Numbered from the stretch's first letter, positions 9,410 through 19,312 are shown. The stretch is 64,000 nt of DNA from Mycobacteriales bacterium (GCA_040414495.1 JBEDUI010000199.1:956-64955); one strand, 5' to 3'. Notes: generated by a model from the sequence alone, not told the origin. Program-made: numbers and translations.

Positions 9410-9964
9410 TCAGGGTTGCAGCGCCGGCAACCCGTCGATGCTGGTGGTGTTTTTGGCCAGCCAGTAATCGTCGAAATACGCCTGGTCGCGGCGCTCGTGC
9501 GACTGGTCGAGGATGTCGCGGTCACCCCGGTAATCCATCAACGGGACCGAGTATCCGCAGGAATCGGCGATCCGGTCGATATCGACAACGATGATCGAAC
9601 GTTGGCCGATTTCCCGTGGCTTCGAAAACTGTGGCCGCAACTGCGTGAATTCCGGCTCACCCAGCCGGATGACCCGACCCCGACCGTGCAACCGTACGAT
9701 CTTCGGCGGCCCGTCGAAGGCACAGAACATCAGCACGATCCGGCCGTTCTCCCGCAGGTGCGCGATCGTCTCGGCGCCGGACCCGGTGTAGTCGAGATAC
9801 CCGACCCGATGCTCGCCGAGTAGGGCGAACGTACCGCCCATTCCCTTCGGCGAGACGTTCACGTGCCCGTCGCCATCCAGCGGTGCGGTACCAACAAAAA
9901 AGACGGGCTGCGCCAGCAGAAACGCGGCTAGCCGGTCGTCAATCGCCTCGTAGACCTTCCCCAT
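9410..9964 (-). CDS. Pyridoxamine 5'-phosphate oxidase family protein
   Basis: FFVGTAP...VNVSPKG...YLDYTGSGAETIAHLRENGRIVLMFCAFDGPPKIVRLHG, and SCGYSVP. Confidence 0.92.
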   Translation of the reverse strand: MGKVYEAIDDRLAAFLLAQPVFFVGTAPLDGDGHVNVSPKGMGGTFALLGEHRVGYLDYTGSGAETIAHLRENGRIVLMFCAFDGPPKIVRLHGRGRVIRLGEPEFTQLRPQFSKPREIGQRSIIVVDIDRIADSCGYSVPLMDYRGDRDILDQSHERRDQAYFDDYWLAKNTTSIDGLPALQP

Positions 9965-9969
9965 GCACC

Positions 9970-12900
9970 TCAGTCTGCCAGCGCGCCGAGCGCCGACACG
10001 AACCGATATGTGCCCGAGCCCACGCTGGCCCGTCCGCTATCGGCCACGACGTCGCCGGAAATCGGGCTGGGCAGATGAACTTCGGCCCGCGCACCAACCG
10101 GGACGGTCAGGGCCACCTCGACCTCCTGCGCACTGCGCTGCCACGCCACCGAGACGTCGCCGCGCACCGACGAGTACCGGGCGCTGGCTCGGGTCACCCG
10201 CGGATCGGTCAGGCAGACCGGCCGCACCTCGAATTCGGACCAGCCGGGGGCGGTCGGACGCAGGCCGGCCAGCTGCTGATGCAGCCACTGCGTCGCCGTT
10301 CCCAGGAAGAAGTGGTCGTGCGAGCGGGCGTCGGCGTCCCACGCCTCCCACAGCGTCTGCGCGCCGTGCGCCCGCCAGAAACCCCAGCTGGGATGAGTCT
10401 CCTGCAGCGCCACGGTCAGGGCCAGGTCGGCATGTCCGTGCGCGGACAGCACCGGCAGCAGGTATTTGGTCGCCAACGCACCGGTGTTCAGGTGTCCACT
10501 GTGGACATCGCGTACGTCGTGCACCAGGTTGGCCACCACCGGTTCGACGAAATCGCCTGGTACCAAACCGAATGCCAACGGCAGTACGTTGGACGCCTGC
10601 CGGTAGCCGGCCTCGATTTCGGTGGCGTACACGGCCGAATCCTTGTCCAGAAACGCCTGGTTGAACGCCTGCGCGACATCCTCGCCGAATTCGGCGTACC
10701 GGTCGGAATCGCTTGTGCGGCCGAGGGTTCGGGCGATGGCCGACATCCGCTGAGCCGCGTGGTACGTAAACGCGGTTCCGGCGATCTTCGGGCCTTCCGG
10801 GGGAAGCGTGTGCCCCGGGGCCAGCCAGTCGCCGTGGCTGAAAGCCGGCCACAACCAACCCGCGCTCCGGCAGATGTCCCGCAACCGTTCGACATAACGG
10901 CGCATCGGCTCGTAGTGCTCGGCCAGCACATCCGCGTCGCCGTAGAACTCGTACAGATTCCAGGCGATCAACGGATATGCGCTGCTCCACGATGGATCGG
11001 TGAATTCACCCCAGCCCGGGGTCGGCGCGATCACCGGAATTCCGCCGTCGGCCAGTTGCGCGTCCCGTAAATCGTTCAGCCATTTACGGAAGAAAAGCTG
11101 CATATCGAACCGGTGCATCGCCGATTCGGCGATCAGGTGGGCATCGCCGGTCCAGCCGTTCTTTTCAAAAAACGGCGTATCGGTGGGAATTCCGTGCAGG
11201 TTATTGAGGATCGTGTCGCCGGTGGCCCGGTCGATCCAGTTCAGCAATTCGTTGGACGAGGTGAATTGCCCGGCGTTCGCGACCGCGTTGTGCACCGGTA
11301 CGGCCGAGACGTGTACGGTCACCGGCCCGGTCGATTCGGCCTGTACGTAACGGAATCCCTTGTAGCTGAACCGCGGCTCCCAGGTCCCGCCGCCGGCCAG
11401 GACGTAGCGGTCGATCTGAGTGGCGCCGTCGACATGCCAGTTGTCGGTGTCGACCACACCGGACTCGTGCAGCTTCTCGCCGTACCGCAGTGTCATCTCG
11501 GTGCCGGGATCTCCGCTGACCCGCATCCGGGCCCAACCGGCCGTGGCCCGGCCGAAATCAAAGACCTTGCTGCCGTCGGGCCTTGTCACCACCTCGACCG
11601 GTTCCAACGCTTGCGATGGCGTGATCGGCGGCATGGCCTGCACCCGCAATGCGCCGGTCGGCGCGGCCACGGTCGCGGCGTTCGACCAGCCGCTGTCGTC
11701 GAACCCGGGCTCGGCCCAGCCGGCCGGTTCGGCCCGGGCGTCGTACACATCACCGCAGTACGTGGCGTCGGAGCGGGTCGGGCCGTCGGTGACCTTCCAC
11801 TGTTCGTCGCTGACCACGCGGGTCACCGAGCCGTCGCCGTGGGTCAATTCCAACTGACACAACAGCCTCGGCTCCCCCGCCCAGGGCGCGGAATTCCAGG
11901 CCCACACACTGGCTTGGCGCACCCCGTAAAAACCGCGACCCAGTACCGCACCAATGGCATTCCGGCCCGGCCGCAGTAATTCGGTGACGTCATGGCAGGA
12001 ATACAGCACCCGGCGCTGGTAATTGGTGGTGGCCGGATCGAGTACGGCGGCGCCGACCTTGGTGCCGTTGAGGTACAGCTCGTGGTAGCCGAGCCCGGTC
12101 CCGTACAACCGCGCCCGCACAATGTCTTCCGGCACCGCGAACTCGGTTCGCAGCAACGGCGCCGGACGCGTGGTCGTCTCGACGCTCAACGTCCGTCCAC
12201 CCGGGACCACCACACCGTCCGCATAGGACTGTCCACCAGGGACGGTGGCCTTGTGGTGACTCCACCAGCCGATATCGCCGGTCGGATCGGAGAGCTCGAG
12301 ATAGTACGTACCCGGGTCCAACGGGGTGTCCAGGTGCAGCCACCAGGAAAAGAAATCGCCGATCCGGTCGACCTCGTCGCGGGCCAGCACCGCGCCATCG
12401 GGTCCGTCGCTGCGCAGCGTCGCGGTGCACCGCAGCCCGGACGCACCCCAGCTCATCAAGCAGACGCTCACCGAGGTGGCCGGAGCGTCGGCGGTGAACG
12501 ACTGACCGAGCGTGTGCCCGGCGCTCAACCGGACCGGCTCGTCCCGTTCGGCGTACCGCAGCGGCAAGACCGAATCCGCCGCTGGATAGCCGATCCAGCG
12601 CGCCCGCCAGTCGCTCTCCTCCAGCAGCGCCATCTCCCACCACGACGGTTCGCTCCACGCCGAGAGCGATCCGCCGCCGTCCGCGACCCGGACTGCCCAC
12701 CAGTACCGGCGGCTCGAATCCAGGGCCGGGCCGTCGTACCGGATGTCATGCGGCGACTCGCCTGCCACCAGGCCGCTGTCCCAGACGTCCGGCTGGTCCG
12801 GCACCAGTTCGGGTCGGCTCGCGACCACGATCTGGTACGCGCTCTGCCGTTCGCCTTGGCCGGTCCCGCTCGCGATCCAGGAGAACCGCGGCCGGCGCGC

Positions 12901-12987
12901 ATCGACCCCCAACGGTGTCTGCGCGTGCTCCACGGTCAACCGGGTGAGGGTGAGGCTGCTCATCGCGCCAGCGTCCCGAGTCATCAT
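9970..12987 (-). CDS. Alpha-L-rhamnosidase family (GH78)
   Basis: PLGVDARRPRFSW, APLLRTEF, VFDFG, PRFSYKGFRYV, IPTDTPFFEKNGWTGD, TLWEAW and SHDH. Confidence 0.92.
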   Translation of the reverse strand: MMTRDAGAMSSLTLTRLTVEHAQTPLGVDARRPRFSWIASGTGQGERQSAYQIVVASRPELVPDQPDVWDSGLVAGESPHDIRYDGPALDSSRRYWWAVRVADGGGSLSAWSEPSWWEMALLEESDWRARWIGYPAADSVLPLRYAERDEPVRLSAGHTLGQSFTADAPATSVSVCLMSWGASGLRCTATLRSDGPDGAVLARDEVDRIGDFFSWWLHLDTPLDPGTYYLELSDPTGDIGWWSHHKATVPGGQSYADGVVVPGGRTLSVETTTRPAPLLRTEFAVPEDIVRARLYGTGLGYHELYLNGTKVGAAVLDPATTNYQRRVLYSCHDVTELLRPGRNAIGAVLGRGFYGVRQASVWAWNSAPWAGEPRLLCQLELTHGDGSVTRVVSDEQWKVTDGPTRSDATYCGDVYDARAEPAGWAEPGFDDSGWSNAATVAAPTGALRVQAMPPITPSQALEPVEVVTRPDGSKVFDFGRATAGWARMRVSGDPGTEMTLRYGEKLHESGVVDTDNWHVDGATQIDRYVLAGGGTWEPRFSYKGFRYVQAESTGPVTVHVSAVPVHNAVANAGQFTSSNELLNWIDRATGDTILNNLHGIPTDTPFFEKNGWTGDAHLIAESAMHRFDMQLFFRKWLNDLRDAQLADGGIPVIAPTPGWGEFTDPSWSSAYPLIAWNLYEFYGDADVLAEHYEPMRRYVERLRDICRSAGWLWPAFSHGDWLAPGHTLPPEGPKIAGTAFTYHAAQRMSAIARTLGRTSDSDRYAEFGEDVAQAFNQAFLDKDSAVYATEIEAGYRQASNVLPLAFGLVPGDFVEPVVANLVHDVRDVHSGHLNTGALATKYLLPVLSAHGHADLALTVALQETHPSWGFWRAHGAQTLWEAWDADARSHDHFFLGTATQWLHQQLAGLRPTAPGWSEFEVRPVCLTDPRVTRASARYSSVRGDVSVAWQRSAQEVEVALTVPVGARAEVHLPSPISGDVVADSGRASVGSGTYRFVSALGALAD

Positions 12988-13043
12988 GCCAGCCTCCCGA
13001 GCCCGGGCACGCGCAACAAGTCGGCAGACCGCAAACGGTCACA

Positions 13044-13634
13044 ATGACCGGCATGCTCGCCTTCGTCACCGGCAATCCCGGTAAGTACGCCACCGCGTGC
13101 GATCACCTCGGACGCTTCGGCGTCGAGGTGGAGCAAATTAACCTGGCGTTGACCGAGATCCAGAGCACGTCGGTGGCGGATGTGGCGCGGCACAAGGCGA
13201 TCCAGGCGTTCGACGCGCTGGGACGGCCGGTGCTGGTGCAGGATTCCGGCTTCGGCTTCGAGGAATTCGGCGGCTGGCCCGGACCGATGGTCAAACACCT
13301 GGTCGAGGCGGTCGGCGCGGCCGGGGTAAGCCACCTCGCCGACCTGACCCAGGGTCGGCGGGGCGCGTTCACCTCGGTCGTGGTGTACGTCGATCAGAAC
13401 GGCGGCCGGCACGAGTTCACCGATCCCGGCCGGCGTGGGCGGATCGCGAGGCGGCCGGCCGGCCCGGATATCGCCGGTGCCTGGTCGGCGTTGTGGAACG
13501 TGTTCATCGCCGATGGCACCGACGTCCCGATGGCGGCGCTGCATACCGAGGATCGCGATGCGTTGTTCGACCGCTGGCGCACCGAATCCGCATTCGCCGA
13601 GCTGGGCCGATGGCTGACCAGATCCGGACAGTGA
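13044..13634 (+). CDS. Non-canonical purine NTP pyrophosphatase (Ham1/ITPase-like), divergent
   Basis: FVTGNPGK, EIQ, VARHKA, QDSGF and GGWPGPMVK. The C-terminal SHR motif is absent. Confidence 0.8.
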   Translation: MTGMLAFVTGNPGKYATACDHLGRFGVEVEQINLALTEIQSTSVADVARHKAIQAFDALGRPVLVQDSGFGFEEFGGWPGPMVKHLVEAVGAAGVSHLADLTQGRRGAFTSVVVYVDQNGGRHEFTDPGRRGRIARRPAGPDIAGAWSALWNVFIADGTDVPMAALHTEDRDALFDRWRTESAFAELGRWLTRSGQ

Positions 13635-13718
13635 CCGTGATCTCGGAACGCGCCCCGGTGCTGTTTGAGTAGCGGTGAGATCATCAGGCCGTTTGGCTTC
13701 GACGCGGTAAGGAGCGGT

Positions 13719-14960
13719 ATGCCACCGGCCACCTTCTCGGCACTGTCGCATGTGGAATGTTCCCGCACCTCGACCCGATATGACGCCGATATTGTGCAGG
13801 GAACCTCCGAGGTCGGAGCACCGCTGTTGGCCCGCTACGACCTCGAGCGCGTCGCGGCGACGCTGACCCGCGAGCAGATCGCCGGCCGGGCGCCGGACCT
13901 GTGGCGCTATCACGAACTGCTTCCCGTACGTGATGAACGGCACGTCGTCACGCTCGGCGAAGGCATGACTCCGCTGCTACCGCTACCCCGATACGGCCGG
14001 CAGATCGGCCTTCGGAATCTGCTGATGAAGGACGAAGGGCTGATCCCGACCGGGGCGTTCAAGGCCCGGGGCGCGGCGGTCGGCGTATCCCGCGCAGCCG
14101 AACTCGGAGTGACCGGGGTCGCCATGCCGACCAATGGCAACGCCGGCGCCGCCTGGGCGATCTACGCGGCGCGGGCTGGCCTGCGCAGCCTGATCGCGAT
14201 GCCGGTCGACGCGCCGGAAATCACCCGCGCCGAATGCGTAGTAAGCGGGTCGGAACTGTACTTAGTGGACGGTCTGATCGGCGACGCCGGCAATTTGGTC
14301 GCGGCCGCGGTCGCCGAACGCCCGGGCTACCAGGAGGTTTCGACGCTGAAGGAGCCCTACCGACTGGAGGGCAAGAAGACGATGGGGTACGAGATCGTCG
14401 AGCAGTTGGGCTGGCGGACGCCCGACGTCATCCTCTACCCCACCGGTGGCGGCGTGGGCATCATCGGCATTTACAAGGCGTTGCTGGAAATGCGGGAGCT
14501 GGGCTGGTTGACCGGCGACCTGCCGCGACTTGTTGCCGTGCAGGCCGCCGGCTGCGCGCCCATCGTCGAGGCATTTTCCCGCGGCGAAACCGAAAGTACG
14601 CCGTTCCCGAATGCGCACACAATCGCATTCGGCATTACCGTACCCAAGGCGTTGGGCGATTTCCTTGTTCTGGAAGCGGTACGGGAAACCAGCGGCACCG
14701 CGATCGCCGTCACGGATGAGGAGTTGCTGGCCGCGCAATCCGCGCTCGCCCGTAGCGAAGGCGCGTTTATCTGCCCCGAGGGGGCCGCCTGCTTCGCCGC
14801 GGTAGAGCAGTTACGGGCCGCGAACTGGCTGGGCGAGAACGAAAATGTGGTCGTACTTAATACCGGTGCGGGCATCAAATATCCGGACACCGTACGGGTC
14901 GACGTACCGACATTGCCGGTAGACGGCCAAATTCCGGTGACGACCGGGCATCGACTATGA
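13719..14960 (+). CDS. Threonine synthase-like PLP enzyme (fold type II)
   Basis: LWRYHELLP, TLGEGMTPL, PTGAFKARG, TNGNAG, EGKKTMGYE, YPTGGG and NTGAGIKY. RBS AAGGAG precedes ATG 13719. Confidence 0.88.
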   Translation: MPPATFSALSHVECSRTSTRYDADIVQGTSEVGAPLLARYDLERVAATLTREQIAGRAPDLWRYHELLPVRDERHVVTLGEGMTPLLPLPRYGRQIGLRNLLMKDEGLIPTGAFKARGAAVGVSRAAELGVTGVAMPTNGNAGAAWAIYAARAGLRSLIAMPVDAPEITRAECVVSGSELYLVDGLIGDAGNLVAAAVAERPGYQEVSTLKEPYRLEGKKTMGYEIVEQLGWRTPDVILYPTGGGVGIIGIYKALLEMRELGWLTGDLPRLVAVQAAGCAPIVEAFSRGETESTPFPNAHTIAFGITVPKALGDFLVLEAVRETSGTAIAVTDEELLAAQSALARSEGAFICPEGAACFAAVEQLRAANWLGENENVVVLNTGAGIKYPDTVRVDVPTLPVDGQIPVTTGHRL

Positions 14961-16489
14961 CCGAGGAACTCGCCACCGAGCAGAAACCAACCAGTCGACG
15001 GGACCGGTTTTTCGCCACCGTTGACCGGGTCGGAAACAAGGTTCCGCACCCGTTCATGCTTTTCCTGTATTTGCTGATCGCCCTCGCCATTGTCACGGCG
15101 ATTCTGGCCGCATTCCACGAGAGCGCCCAGCCACCGGGATCCTCGAAATCGGTGCCGGTCCGCAGCCTCGTGTCGGTCGCCGGCATTCAGAACCTGCTGG
15201 AAACGTTCGTCACCAACTTCATCGGCTTTCCCCCGCTCGGTGTGGTGCTGGCGGTGCTGCTCGGAGTTGGCGTGGCCGAACGCAGCGGCTTTATGTCCAC
15301 TGTGGTCGTCGCGGTGTTGAGTAAGGTGCCGCGCGGTCTGATGCCGTACGCGGTCACCTATATCGCCGGTCAAGGCCATGTCATGGGCGACGCGTCGATG
15401 GTCATCCTGCCGCCGCTGGCCGCATTGGCGTTCCGCGCGGTCGGCCGGCATCCGATCGCCGGCATGATCGGCAGTTTCGCCTCCACGACCGTCGGTTACG
15501 CCTCCGGCGTGATGATCGGCGCGCTGGATGCGAACCTGTCCACCATCAGCGGCGCGGTCATTCCACATGGGACACACGCCACCGCATCGGTGCTGATGAA
15601 CTACTTCTTCCAGGGCGCGGCCGGGCTGATCCTGCCGCTGTTGACCGGGTTCATCCTGGTGCACTGGGTCGAGCCGACGCTGCCGGAGTACGAAGTGCCG
15701 GCCGACGAGGAGAGTCGCGAAGTGACGGCCCGGGAACGGCGTGCACTGGTTATCGCCGTAGCCGCATTGCTGGTATTCCTGGCCGTGATCTTCACCTGCT
15801 GGCTGGTGCCCGGCGGCCCGTTGCAGGGCAAGCAGGGCGCGCTGCTGGATTCACCGTTCTTCACCAGCGTGGTCACGTTCGTGATGCTGGCGTTTTTGAT
15901 CTGCGGTGTCAGCTACGGCATCGCGGCCGGGACGATCCGGCGCAGCAGCGACGTCCCCAGAATGATGGGTGAGTCGCTGCAGAGCATGGTCGGCTATATC
16001 GTGATCGCCTTTACCGCCGGGCAATTCATCGCGATGTTCACCTGGACCAATCTCGGTGAATACATCGCGGTGAAAGGCGCGGACGGACTGCGCGCGGCGC
16101 ACCTGACCGGTTTTCCCGCACTGGTGGTGGCCATTTTGTTCAGCGCGGTACTGTCGCTGGTGATCTTCTCCGGGGCGTCACTGTGGACGATCCTGGCCCC
16201 GGTGCTGGTGCCGATGTTCGCCGGCCTCGGGTTCCATCCCGCGGTGATCCAGGCGGCCTACCGGGTCGGCGATTCGGTGACGCACCCGATCTCGCCGCTG
16301 AATCCGTACGTGTACATGCTGGAGATGTCGGCCCGTAAATACGGGAAACAATTCTCGATCGGCATGCTGTTCGCGCGACTGAGCCTGTTCGTCATACCGG
16401 TACTGGTGTTGTGGCTCATCATCTTCGCGGTCTTTTATTTCGCCGGAATACCGTTCGGCCCCGGTACATCGGTCAGGCTGCACACATGA
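14957..16489 (+). CDS. AbgT family transporter
   Basis: VGNKVPHPFMLF, NFIGFPPLG, GVAERSG and AYRVGDSVTHPISPLNPY; ATGA overlap with the upstream gene. Confidence 0.93.
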   Translation: MTEELATEQKPTSRRDRFFATVDRVGNKVPHPFMLFLYLLIALAIVTAILAAFHESAQPPGSSKSVPVRSLVSVAGIQNLLETFVTNFIGFPPLGVVLAVLLGVGVAERSGFMSTVVVAVLSKVPRGLMPYAVTYIAGQGHVMGDASMVILPPLAALAFRAVGRHPIAGMIGSFASTTVGYASGVMIGALDANLSTISGAVIPHGTHATASVLMNYFFQGAAGLILPLLTGFILVHWVEPTLPEYEVPADEESREVTARERRALVIAVAALLVFLAVIFTCWLVPGGPLQGKQGALLDSPFFTSVVTFVMLAFLICGVSYGIAAGTIRRSSDVPRMMGESLQSMVGYIVIAFTAGQFIAMFTWTNLGEYIAVKGADGLRAAHLTGFPALVVAILFSAVLSLVIFSGASLWTILAPVLVPMFAGLGFHPAVIQAAYRVGDSVTHPISPLNPYVYMLEMSARKYGKQFSIGMLFARLSLFVIPVLVLWLIIFAVFYFAGIPFGPGTSVRLHT

Positions 16490-17751
16490 GCGAATCAACC
16501 GCGGTCCGTTGGCGCCGCGATATCCATCGTTTTCCCGAGGTCGGGTTCACCGAATTTCGTACCGCCAGCCGTATCGCCGGCGCATTCGCCGATCTGGGTT
16601 GGCAGGTCGTATTCGGCCCGCACGCAATGTCGGCCGACGACCGCCTCGGCCTGCCCGCGCCCGATGTATTGGGGGACGCCTACAACCGGGCGGCCGAGTC
16701 CGGAGCCGATGAACGGTTCCTGCCGGCAATGCGGGGCGGGCATACGGCCGTGGTCGTCACGCTGGCCAGCGGGCGGCCGGGGCCGGCGATCGGGCTGCGG
16801 GCCGACATCGACGCGTTGCCGATCCGGGAATCGTCCGACGCGATGCATGTGCCGACAGCACAGGGATTCCGGTCCACGAACGCAGGCGTCATGCACGCCT
16901 GCGGCCACGACGGCCACATCGGTATCGCGGTCGAATTGGCCGAGCGGCTCACCGCGCGGCCACCCGCCTCGGGGTCGGTGACGATCTTCTTCCAACCGGC
17001 CGAGGAGGGCGGCCGGGGTGCCCGGGCCATGGTGCCGACCGGGCTGGCCGACCGGATCGATCTCATGCTCGCCGCCCACCTCGGCCTGCGGCTGCCGACC
17101 GGGTCCGTGGCCAGCTCGATGGACGGCCTGCTGGCCAATTCGAAGCTCCGGGCCACCTTTCACGGAGTGGCCGCGCACGCCTCGCTCGCCCCGCAGGAGG
17201 GTCGCAACGCGCTGCTTGGGGCGGCCTCGGCGATGCTGGCGATCCACGGCCTGCCTCGGATTCCCGGTCACGAGACCCGGGTCGGGGTCGGGCGAATCAG
17301 CGGCGGTACGTCCAGCAACATCGTCCCGGATACGGCCGAGATGCTGCTGGAAACCCGGGCCGACGAGGGTTCGGTCAACGAGGACCTGGAGGCCCGGACC
17401 AGGACGGCGCTGCTCGGCGCGGCTCAAATGCACGGCCTGACCGTAGACATCGAACTGATCGGCGGGGTGACTACGGCGCGGGCCGACCGCCAGGCGATCG
17501 ATGCGGTAGAGACGGCGGCGACCGAACTCGGGCTGCGGCTGGCGAGCCCGGCTGCGGACAGCGGCGTAGGCAGCGACGACGCGACCGCGTTCATGCGACG
17601 CGCGCAGCAAGGCGGCGGCGCGGCCACGTACTTCGGTATCGGCGCCGATCTCGCCGGCGCACACCACACCCCGACGTTCGATTTCGACGAGCGGGCACTC
17701 GGGCCGGGCGTTGACCTGCTCGAGCGCATCACCCGTACCGCAACCGGCTAA
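16486..17751 (+). CDS. M20 amidohydrolase (AbgA-like)
   Basis: RRDIHRFPEVGFTE, LRADIDALP, MHACGHDGH, FQPAEEG and HHTPTFDFDE. Confidence 0.92.
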   Translation: MSESTAVRWRRDIHRFPEVGFTEFRTASRIAGAFADLGWQVVFGPHAMSADDRLGLPAPDVLGDAYNRAAESGADERFLPAMRGGHTAVVVTLASGRPGPAIGLRADIDALPIRESSDAMHVPTAQGFRSTNAGVMHACGHDGHIGIAVELAERLTARPPASGSVTIFFQPAEEGGRGARAMVPTGLADRIDLMLAAHLGLRLPTGSVASSMDGLLANSKLRATFHGVAAHASLAPQEGRNALLGAASAMLAIHGLPRIPGHETRVGVGRISGGTSSNIVPDTAEMLLETRADEGSVNEDLEARTRTALLGAAQMHGLTVDIELIGGVTTARADRQAIDAVETAATELGLRLASPAADSGVGSDDATAFMRRAQQGGGAATYFGIGADLAGAHHTPTFDFDERALGPGVDLLERITRTATG

Positions 17752-17819
17752 CCGAACCCAACCGCCTGATCGAACTGCAACCGCTTAACCGCAGCACAAC
17801 CGCGTAGGCACGTCCCCTC

Positions 17820-17895
17820 GTGTTGATCATGAAGTTCCCTGCTCGACACGCCGACGACACGCCGAGGTTTGCGTCGGTAACTTCATGATCAACAC
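17820..17895. repeat. REP-like hairpin, type A (copy 1)
   Basis: Perfect 17-bp inverted repeat GTGTTGATCATGAAGTT/AACTTCATGATCAACAC around a 42-nt loop with two CGACACGCC. A near-identical inverted copy lies at 63403-63474. Confidence 0.9.
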
Positions 17896-18016
17896 CAATG
17901 GGGGCGGCGAGCGAGCGAAAGACGGCCCCGCCACCGAAAGCAAAACGGCGCCGCCACAGAAAAGCCCGTACGAGGACGATCCGACCATGTTCGACCTAAT
18001 CCGGTCGGTCCGGCTG

Positions 18017-18091
18017 TTGACTGCGTCGGGCTTCACTTGTACTTTCCGAACATCTCTTTTCGAAAAGTGGGAGTTCTCTCCGAAACATTCG
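18017..18091 (+). promoter_or_regulatory. Putative lacI-family promoter with CGAA-Nx-TTCG operator(s)
   Basis: TTGACT-N17-TACTTT (18017-18045), followed by CGAA/TTCG motifs including CCGAAACATTCG near 18080, which resembles BxlR-type sites. Confidence 0.55.
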
Positions 18092-18238
18092 TGATGGCGG
18101 CCTTCGGGCGGCACGCTGTGGGTGACCCTGGGAAAGCGATATCCATGCTTGCCGGCTGGGCCGGTACGGTGTTGCGTTCCGCGTAGCGCCGGTCTTCTCG
18201 TCGCCACAGCGACCTCTGACGCAGAGGAGTTGAGCGGC

Positions 18239-19273
18239 GTGGTTGAGCTGTCGACAACAGATCCGAGTGCCCGGGTGACCATTGCCCGGATCGCGGCCGA
18301 GGCCGGGGTCTCCGCCCCGACCGTTTCCAAGGTGGTCAACGGCCGCAGCGAGGTAGCGGCGGCAACCCGCGACCGGGTTGAAGCGATCATCGCCAAGTAC
18401 GGCTACCAGCGCCGTCGGTCCGCTACCGGTCAACCGCCCGGGGTCATCGACCTGGTCTTCCATGAACTGGAGAGCCCGTGGGCGATGGAGGTCATCCGCG
18501 GCGTCGAGACATTGGCCCGCGAGCACGGACTGTCTGTCGTGCTGACCGAACTGCAGGGCTACCGCCGCCCGGACCGAAGCTGGCTGGACGCCATCGCCTC
18601 GCGTCGTACCGTCGGCGTCATCCTCGTCGTCTCCGACCTCAGCCCACACCAGCGCTCGCAGCTCGCGGCCCGGCGGCTGCCGTTCGTCGTCGTCGACCCG
18701 GTCGGCGAGCCGGACCCTGACGTCCCCTCGGTCGGTGCCACCAACTGGTCCGGAGGCCTGGCCGCGACCCGACACCTGATCGAGCTTGGGCACCGCCGGA
18801 TTGGCATGATCGGCGGTCCGCCCCAGATCCTGTGCAGTCGGGCCCGGATCGACGGATACCGGGCCGCCTTGGAGACCGTCGGTCTCTCGACCGATGGAGA
18901 GTTGGTCCGGCACGGCGACTTCCACGTTGAGTCCGGCTACGAGCAGGGCATCAAGCTGCTGGATCTGCCCGAACCGCCGACTGCGATCTTCGCCGGCAGC
19001 GACTTGCAGGCACTCGGGGTCTACGAGGCAGCCCGGTCGCGCGGAGTGTCCGTGCCGGATCAGCTCAGCGTCGTCGGCTTCGATGATCTGCCGATCGCGC
19101 GGTGGACCTCGCCTCCGTTGACCACGATCCGCCAACCACTGGGCGAAATGGCGGCCAGCGCCACCCGGCTGGTGTTGCAGCTGTTCCGCGGTGAGACGCC
19201 GCAGACGCAGCGGATCGAGTTGTCGACGCGGTTGGTGGTACGGGAAAGTACGGCCCGCCCTAGCGAGGCCTGA
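18239..19273 (+). CDS. LacI family transcriptional regulator (BxlR-like)
   Basis: VTIARIAAEAGVSAPTVSKVVNG HTH, ATRHLIELGHRRIG, LSVVGFDD and LTTIRQP. GAGGAG precedes GTG 18239. Confidence 0.95.
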   Translation: MVELSTTDPSARVTIARIAAEAGVSAPTVSKVVNGRSEVAAATRDRVEAIIAKYGYQRRRSATGQPPGVIDLVFHELESPWAMEVIRGVETLAREHGLSVVLTELQGYRRPDRSWLDAIASRRTVGVILVVSDLSPHQRSQLAARRLPFVVVDPVGEPDPDVPSVGATNWSGGLAATRHLIELGHRRIGMIGGPPQILCSRARIDGYRAALETVGLSTDGELVRHGDFHVESGYEQGIKLLDLPEPPTAIFAGSDLQALGVYEAARSRGVSVPDQLSVVGFDDLPIARWTSPPLTTIRQPLGEMAASATRLVLQLFRGETPQTQRIELSTRLVVRESTARPSEA

Positions 19274-19312
19274 CCCGGAGGGCGATCAACCGGCCGCAAC
19301 GAACGGGCCCCG

